Shown piece by piece: positions 58,745 to 64,000 of a stretch of DNA of 64,000 nucleotides. The notes under the pieces are model-generated. The model was not told where the DNA came from, searched no databases, and saw only the letters and a list, made by a program, of their open reading frames with translations. Source of the DNA: an uncultured Haloferula sp. (lineage in GTDB: Bacteria; Verrucomicrobiota; Verrucomicrobiia; Verrucomicrobiales; Akkermansiaceae); assembly GCA_965652295.1 (NCBI GenBank), contig CBFGTS010000004.1:192001-256000 (forward strand), given 5' to 3'. Numbering within the stretch: the first letter of the stretch is position 1; each line of letters begins with the position of its first letter. The position numbers and the translations under genes are program-made.

Positions 58745-59725
58745 TCATCTTTGGGTGCCGGACTTGAACAGCTGGAACAGCTCGCTGTCGGTGGAGAGGA
58801 TCAAAGAGGTCTTGGAATCGATCACGTTTTCGTAAACCTCCAGCGTGCGGGTGAAGTCGTAGAGGTCCTGCGCCTGCTGGGTCTGGTTGTAGGCGTTGGC
58901 GTAGATCGCGGTGGCGCTGGCGTCGGCCTTGCCCTTGATCTCCTGGACCTGGCGGTAGGCCTCCGACTGGATTTCCCGTAGTTCACGCTCCATGTTGCCG
59001 AGGATCTTCGCGGCCTCCCCGGCACCTTCGGAGCGGAAACGCTCGGCGATCTGCTGCCGCTCGGTGATCATCCGCTCGAAGATCCGCTGCTGGACCGAGG
59101 GGTTGTAGTTGATCCGCTTGAAGCGGACGTCGAGCAGCGCGATGCCGAACTCGGCCAGCTTCGGAGTGGCTTTTTCAAGAATCTGCTGCTCCATCGCGTT
59201 GCGGCCGACCCGGATGGGTTTGAGCACGCCGATGTTACCGGTCATGTCGGCCTCGACGATTTCAGTCGACTGCAAAGGTTTGCGGCCCTTGGTCGTCCGG
59301 ACCACCTCGATGAGTTCGTGCTTGGCCACCGTGTTGCGGGTTTCCGAGCCGAGGATGTCGTCCAGCCGCGATTGGGCACTGCGTTCGTCGCGGAGCCGCT
59401 CGAAGTATTTGAGGGGATCGGCGATCCGCCAGCGTCCGAAGGTGTCGACCCGGATGTAGGTCTTGTCCTTGGTCGGCATCTCGGTCGGCGTTCCATCCCA
59501 GTCGAGGATGCGGCGCTCGATGAGGTTCACTTTCTGAATGAAGGGCGTTTTGAATTTCAGGCCGGCCTCAGTGACCGGATCGCCGACCGGCTTGCCGAAC
59601 TGGGTGATGATCGCCTGATGCGTTTCGGAAATCGTATAAGCCGAGGACGAGACGATCACGATCAGGGCGAGAACGACGAGCGCCCCGAGGCAACCGATCG
59701 CGGCGGATTTGGGTGAGGGGCTCAT
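58745..59725 (-). CDS. hflC: FtsH modulator HflC
   Basis: SPFH domain: QFGKPV..GLKFK.P, WRIADP..Y, DVRFKRI, ERQQIAERFRSEG. Confidence 0.92.
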   Translation of the reverse strand: MSPSPKSAAIGCLGALVVLALIVIVSSSAYTISETHQAIITQFGKPVGDPVTEAGLKFKTPFIQKVNLIERRILDWDGTPTEMPTKDKTYIRVDTFGRWRIADPLKYFERLRDERSAQSRLDDILGSETRNTVAKHELIEVVRTTKGRKPLQSTEIVEADMTGNIGVLKPIRVGRNAMEQQILEKATPKLAEFGIALLDVRFKRINYNPSVQQRIFERMITERQQIAERFRSEGAGEAAKILGNMERELREIQSEAYRQVQEIKGKADASATAIYANAYNQTQQAQDLYDFTRTLEVYENVIDSKTSLILSTDSELFQLFKSGTQR

Positions 59726-60750
59726 TGGGTGCGGGCGGGAGGTTGGAGATTGTCGAGATTGAGCAGTGGCAGGATGCCCTTGGCTTCTTCGTCCAGGATG
59801 ATCTTGCGCCCCAGTTTCGGGAGCACCTTGCTCATGGTTTCGAGGTAGAGGCGGCGGTTCGTCACCGCCGGCGCCTTCACGTACTCGGCGTAGAGCGAGT
59901 TGAAACGGGCGGCGTCGCCCTCGGCTTCGTTGATCCGCTGACTGGCGTAGCCGCGGGCGTCGCTGATCTTCCGCTCGGCCTCGCCGCGCGCCTTCGGCAC
60001 CTGTTGGTTGTAGAGCCCGTAGGCTTGGTTGATCGATTTCTCCCGTTCCTGCTGCGCCTGGTTGACCTCGTTGAAGGAGGCCTGCACGGGACGGGGAGGA
60101 TCGACGTTCTTGAGCTGGACCTGGTCGATCGTCAGCCCCATGGCGTAGCGATTGGTCAGTTGCTGGAGCTTCAGCAGGGCCTCGGCTTCGATTTCCTGGC
60201 GGCCTACGGTGAGGACTTCATCCACCGTGCGGTCGCCGACCGCCTCGCGCATCACGGATTCGGAGGCGTGGCGCAGGGTTCTGTCCGGATCGCGCACACT
60301 GAAGAGATACTCGCGGGGATTATCGATCCGGAATTGAACGACCCATTCGACCGTGGCCGCGTTGAGATCGCCGGTGACCATCTGGCTCTCCGACTGTTGC
60401 TCATCCGGGCTGGCTGCCTGGTAGCGGTAGGTCGCCCCAGAAGTGGAAAAACCGAACTCCTGCTTCATTTGCCGACGGACCGCCACCTTCCGCACCCGGT
60501 CGATGCCGTAGGGAAGCTTGAAGCGCAGCCCGGGCTCGGTGGTGTCCGAATAGCGCCCGAATCGCAGCACCACCCCGACTTCCTCAGCGTCGATCTGGTA
60601 AAAGGAGGTCCACGCACCAATCACGAGGAGCAGGGCCGCGGGCAGGGCGAGTAGGGCTTTGCCCTGAAGTTGGATCTTGGGCACGGTGATGACGCGGGGT
60701 GCACGCTTGGTGCGCGGTGGGAGATCGGGAGGTCCGTTTGGGGCAGCCAT
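59722..60750 (-). CDS. hflK: FtsH modulator HflK
   Basis: GVVLRFG, MVTGD.N, PPRPVQASF.EV..A.Q, A.GDAARF, RRLYLETM. Confidence 0.92.
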   Translation of the reverse strand: MAAPNGPPDLPPRTKRAPRVITVPKIQLQGKALLALPAALLLVIGAWTSFYQIDAEEVGVVLRFGRYSDTTEPGLRFKLPYGIDRVRKVAVRRQMKQEFGFSTSGATYRYQAASPDEQQSESQMVTGDLNAATVEWVVQFRIDNPREYLFSVRDPDRTLRHASESVMREAVGDRTVDEVLTVGRQEIEAEALLKLQQLTNRYAMGLTIDQVQLKNVDPPRPVQASFNEVNQAQQEREKSINQAYGLYNQQVPKARGEAERKISDARGYASQRINEAEGDAARFNSLYAEYVKAPAVTNRRLYLETMSKVLPKLGRKIILDEEAKGILPLLNLDNLQPPARTQ

Positions 60751-61103
60751 AATGGTTGAGAGCGGTCCCACCGTGGGGTCCCTCCTGGCTTCCTACCAGT
60801 GTAAACCGCCAGGATCGGAGGAGGCCGTGGAAGGAGGGCCCTTGATAGGATTGTTTGATCGAAACAATGGATGGTTTTGGAGATCGATGATCGGACGGAT
60901 GGCTTTTGATCTTAAACAAGAAACAATGAAAAAAACGGAAATTGGGAAAAAGAGAAATCTCCACCGCATGTTTCAGCAACCAGTTGCAGCGCGCCGAACG
61001 AAACAATCGTTCCAATCGATCTTTGGTTATCTGAAGCGTCGGGTTGATGTTTCCCGCTGTCGGCGGGCTTGCGCCGGGCGCGCCGCAGGCTCAAGAGTAA
61101 GCC

Positions 61104-62747
61104 GTGAAGGAAAGGATGGCTGGTTTGCTGCTCCCGGTGTTCAGCGCGCGGCGGGATGGAGATCTGGGGATCGGAGACACGCGGGCTCTTCGGGAGTGGG
61201 TGGATCTTTGTGCCGGGTATTCGGTCGGATTTCTCCAGCTTCTGCCGATCAATGAAATGGGGGCGGACGACAGCCCCTACAACGCCCTATCGGCCGTAGC
61301 TCTGGAGCCTCTGTTTCTGACCATGGAGGAGGTTCCCGGGGTGGAGGAGTCCCAGTTGGTGGCGGCGCGTCGCGGAGTGCCCGGCGGGCCTGTCGACTAT
61401 CCGTCTGTGCGCCAGCGGAAACGGGCTTTGCTACGCGCGGCCTGGGAGCGATGGGATCAGCAGGGAGAGGCGCTTCATGAGGAATTCGCCAGGTTTTGCC
61501 GCGCCGAGGAGGCTTGGTTGGCGGATTATGGTGCGTTCCGGGTTTTGACGGAGCTGCATGGCACGGCGGCTTGGGAGAGTTGGCCGGAGCTGCATCAATC
61601 GATCGGGGGAGCGAGGGCGGTTGCGGCGGAGCGGACGGACGAGATGGACTACTACGCGTGGCTTCAGTGGCTGTGTTTCCGTCAATGGCGGGAGGTCCGG
61701 CGTCATGCCGACCGAATGGGAGTGCGGTTGATGGGTGACATTCCGATCGGGGTGAGCCGTTCCTCCGCCGATGTGTTTTTCGGTCGCGACGATTTCGATC
61801 TGGCCTGGTGTGGCGGCGCGCCGCCCGAAAAGGTCTTCAAGCACGATGCGTTCATTCGCAAGTGGGGTCAGAACTGGGGCATCCCCCTCTACCGTTGGGG
61901 TAAGATGCGGGCCGAAGGTTTCCCCTGGTGGCGGCGGCGGATCGACAAGCTGACCGACGTTTTCCACATTTTCCGCATCGATCACGTCCTCGGGTTCTAT
62001 CGCATCTATGCGTTTCCCTGGACTCCGGACCGGAACGGCGAATTCCTTGAGCTGACGGGCGCGGAGGCGGCGGAGATCACCGGCGGCGAGCTGCCGCGAT
62101 GGGTGCCGCGTCCCGACGACTACGAGACGAACTGCGACGCCAATCGCGCCGATGGCGACCGCCGCCTGAGGGTCGTCCAAGAGGCTGCGGGCGCGGCCGA
62201 AGTGGTGGCGGAGGATCTCGGTTGCGTGCCCGATTACGTGCGTCCGCATCTGGCATCGCTTGGGATCCCGGGCTTTCGCATCCCTCATTGGGATTTGGAT
62301 GAGGAACAGCGGGTGATCCCTGGTGCGGAATTTCCCGAGTGCTCCTTTGCCACCTGGGCGACTCATGACCACGATTCGATCCCCGCGATGTGGGAGGATT
62401 TTCGTCGACGGGCTTCGGAGAGTAACCCGGATGTGGACGATCGCCTGGAGATCCTCGTGGCATGGAAGGCGATGGCGGACTTCGCCGGGATCAAGCCGGC
62501 CGGGGCCTTCAGCGGGGAAATCCTCTGGAGCTTGATCGGTGCCTTGATGACCTGCCGTTCGCGACTCGCTGCGATCATGATCACGGATCTCTACGGTCTG
62601 CCCGACCGGATCAACAGTCCCGGCACGGTGGGGCCGCGGAATTGGACCTTCCGCGTACCGGAGACGGCGGCGGAAAGCCGGAGCCGACCCGAGTGGATGC
62701 GTTGGAAATCGCTCATTCAGGAGGCCGGGCGGGGCCTGGGATCATGA
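61104..62747 (+). CDS. malQ: 4-alpha-glucanotransferase (amylomaltase, GH77)
   Basis: QLLPINE..SPY, MGDIPIGV, GQNWGIPLY, FRIDHVLGFYR, AEDLG, THDH, RINSPGT..NW. Confidence 0.93.
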   Translation: MKERMAGLLLPVFSARRDGDLGIGDTRALREWVDLCAGYSVGFLQLLPINEMGADDSPYNALSAVALEPLFLTMEEVPGVEESQLVAARRGVPGGPVDYPSVRQRKRALLRAAWERWDQQGEALHEEFARFCRAEEAWLADYGAFRVLTELHGTAAWESWPELHQSIGGARAVAAERTDEMDYYAWLQWLCFRQWREVRRHADRMGVRLMGDIPIGVSRSSADVFFGRDDFDLAWCGGAPPEKVFKHDAFIRKWGQNWGIPLYRWGKMRAEGFPWWRRRIDKLTDVFHIFRIDHVLGFYRIYAFPWTPDRNGEFLELTGAEAAEITGGELPRWVPRPDDYETNCDANRADGDRRLRVVQEAAGAAEVVAEDLGCVPDYVRPHLASLGIPGFRIPHWDLDEEQRVIPGAEFPECSFATWATHDHDSIPAMWEDFRRRASESNPDVDDRLEILVAWKAMADFAGIKPAGAFSGEILWSLIGALMTCRSRLAAIMITDLYGLPDRINSPGTVGPRNWTFRVPETAAESRSRPEWMRWKSLIQEAGRGLGS

Positions 62748-64000
62748 AGACGCTTGTCGTTTGGGTCGTTCTCGCTGCGGCTCCACTTGTTGGGGCGGCG
62801 GAGGAGGATTGGGGATCGCGTCTCGCAGGTTGGTTCTCGGGCCGACTGGATGAAATCCACATCGAAGTGGTCGAGGTCGAGGCTTCGATGGTAGGGCTGC
62901 CCCGGGTTCCGATCGATGACCAAGGCGGCAGTGGGGGATTCGCCAGCTTGCATCCTTCCGAGTTTCCGACCGGGGCCGATGCTCATGCCGTCGAGCTGCG
63001 GTGGGGCGAGGTCGTGCCGATCGATGAGGTCGCCCTGATTCCTGCCAGGCGTTACGATGCCCAGGGGCTCGAAGCTCAATTCGGGATGCCGGATTCGTTT
63101 CAAGCATTTGCTTTAAATGGCACTGAGGAAGTTCTGTTGGGGGAGGTGTCCGGTCTCTGGAGCGACCCCGTCCTCGCGGGTCATCCGATCTTCTTGAAAC
63201 AGGATTCGGTCGTCTTTGCCGATGGCATTAAAATCAGAGCAGGACGCTTGCCTTCAGATCCTTATGAGGGTTCGAGTTTCGTTCACGCATGGGCCGAATG
63301 CATGGTCTTTTCGGAAGGCCGGAATGTGGCGGGTTCAGCGGAGGTGAAAGCGCTTTCAGGGATGGCTCCGTCCGCGCCTTGGCAGTGGTCTGCGGAATTT
63401 TTGGTGGATGGGCAGACGCCGCTCGGGTTGCCGGAAGTGGAGGACGAGAACCACGTCAACGTCGGCTGGCTTTCCAAGGCGATGCCCACGGCGGACTCGA
63501 CGGTGACGTTGGAGATCGATCTGGAGGAGGTCGCCGAAGTGGACGCGCTGAGGCTGTTTCCCGCCAAGCGTCCGACTCCCGATCTGCCGAGCGGGTTCGG
63601 GTTTCCCGAGCGTCTTGAAGTCAGCTTCGGTGCGACGCAGGCGGAAGTGAACCAAGCAACACCTCAGGTGTTCGAGCTGCGCAATCCGGGGCACAATCCG
63701 GTGCGTCTCCCGGTCGCGTCCACCTCCGCCCGCTTCGTGCGTCTCCGGGCGACCCGGCTCTGGAAGCCGTTCGATACCTACCCGGCGTTCTGCGCTTTCA
63801 GCGAAATCGAAGTCCTGAACGGCATGAAGAACGTCGCCCTCGGTGGCCGGATCCGGAGTGCCGATGGCATGGGCAATGTGGTGGCACCGGGAGGTCGCTA
63901 CTGGAGTTCCCAGAGCCTGACCGACGGCTTCGGACCGGACGGACGGATCGTCCCGATGGCGGAGTGGCTGGGAATGCTCGACCAGCGGCGGCAGTTGGAA
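62744..64000 (+). CDS. Exported discoidin/F5-8-like domain protein, probably the sensor part of a histidine kinase (runs off window end)
   Basis: Not in the ORF track; open frame from ATG 62744 to 64000: signal peptide, two repeats of (D.V.L.PA...FG.P...NVA...L.DG), ARFVRLRAT, then start of a coiled coil. Kinase domain is not visible in the window. Confidence 0.7.
   Translation, partial: MKTLVVWVVLAAAPLVGAAEEDWGSRLAGWFSGRLDEIHIEVVEVEASMVGLPRVPIDDQGGSGGFASLHPSEFPTGADAHAVELRWGEVVPIDEVALIPARRYDAQGLEAQFGMPDSFQAFALNGTEEVLLGEVSGLWSDPVLAGHPIFLKQDSVVFADGIKIRAGRLPSDPYEGSSFVHAWAECMVFSEGRNVAGSAEVKALSGMAPSAPWQWSAEFLVDGQTPLGLPEVEDENHVNVGWLSKAMPTADSTVTLEIDLEEVAEVDALRLFPAKRPTPDLPSGFGFPERLEVSFGATQAEVNQATPQVFELRNPGHNPVRLPVASTSARFVRLRATRLWKPFDTYPAFCAFSEIEVLNGMKNVALGGRIRSADGMGNVVAPGGRYWSSQSLTDGFGPDGRIVPMAEWLGMLDQRRQLE

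Noticed and set aside
60850..61030. AT-rich stretch as a foreign insert or small ORF
   Set aside because: Short and between divergent hflK and malQ; best explained as promoter DNA.

Overview
High-GC bacterial chromosomal window, most likely Verrucomicrobiota (Haloferula/Luteolibacter-like). This is inferred from the PVC-type heme-binding protein, PEP-CTERM protein, DUF1080 protein and discoidin-domain sensor. Most of it is housekeeping: a polyamine locus (speA partial, nspC, carboxy(nor)spermidine dehydrogenase), a type II secretion-like cluster (GspG/H/I/J/K/L/M-like, two tandem PilP/GspC-like paralogs, secretin), argS, CBS-pyrophosphatase, nagZ, polyprenyl synthase, ispD, glgB, DsbD-like, pyrD, feoAB, ctaA, gap, hflKC and malQ. 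The most unusual part is a lower-GC accessory block at about 23.6-28.0 kb between convergent ppaC and nagZ. It holds four co-oriented minus-strand genes: PEP-CTERM, DUF262, HEPN RNase-like and a membrane protein. They are separated by degenerate attC-like hairpins and by two near-identical antisense 22-nt elements that look like group IIC intron 3' ends (…ACCCGAT). I read this as a decayed integrase-less integron cassette array carrying a candidate DUF262+HEPN defence module, bracketed by inverted REP palindromes. A REP-associated tyrosine transposase (RAYT) with its own REPs lies at 48.1-48.7 kb. Four GGAG-tagged REP families and many 7/9/10-nt periodic micro-arrays are scattered through the window, one of them in frame inside nspC. 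No rRNA, tRNA or CRISPR array was seen. All calls come from reading motifs by eye; no searches were run.
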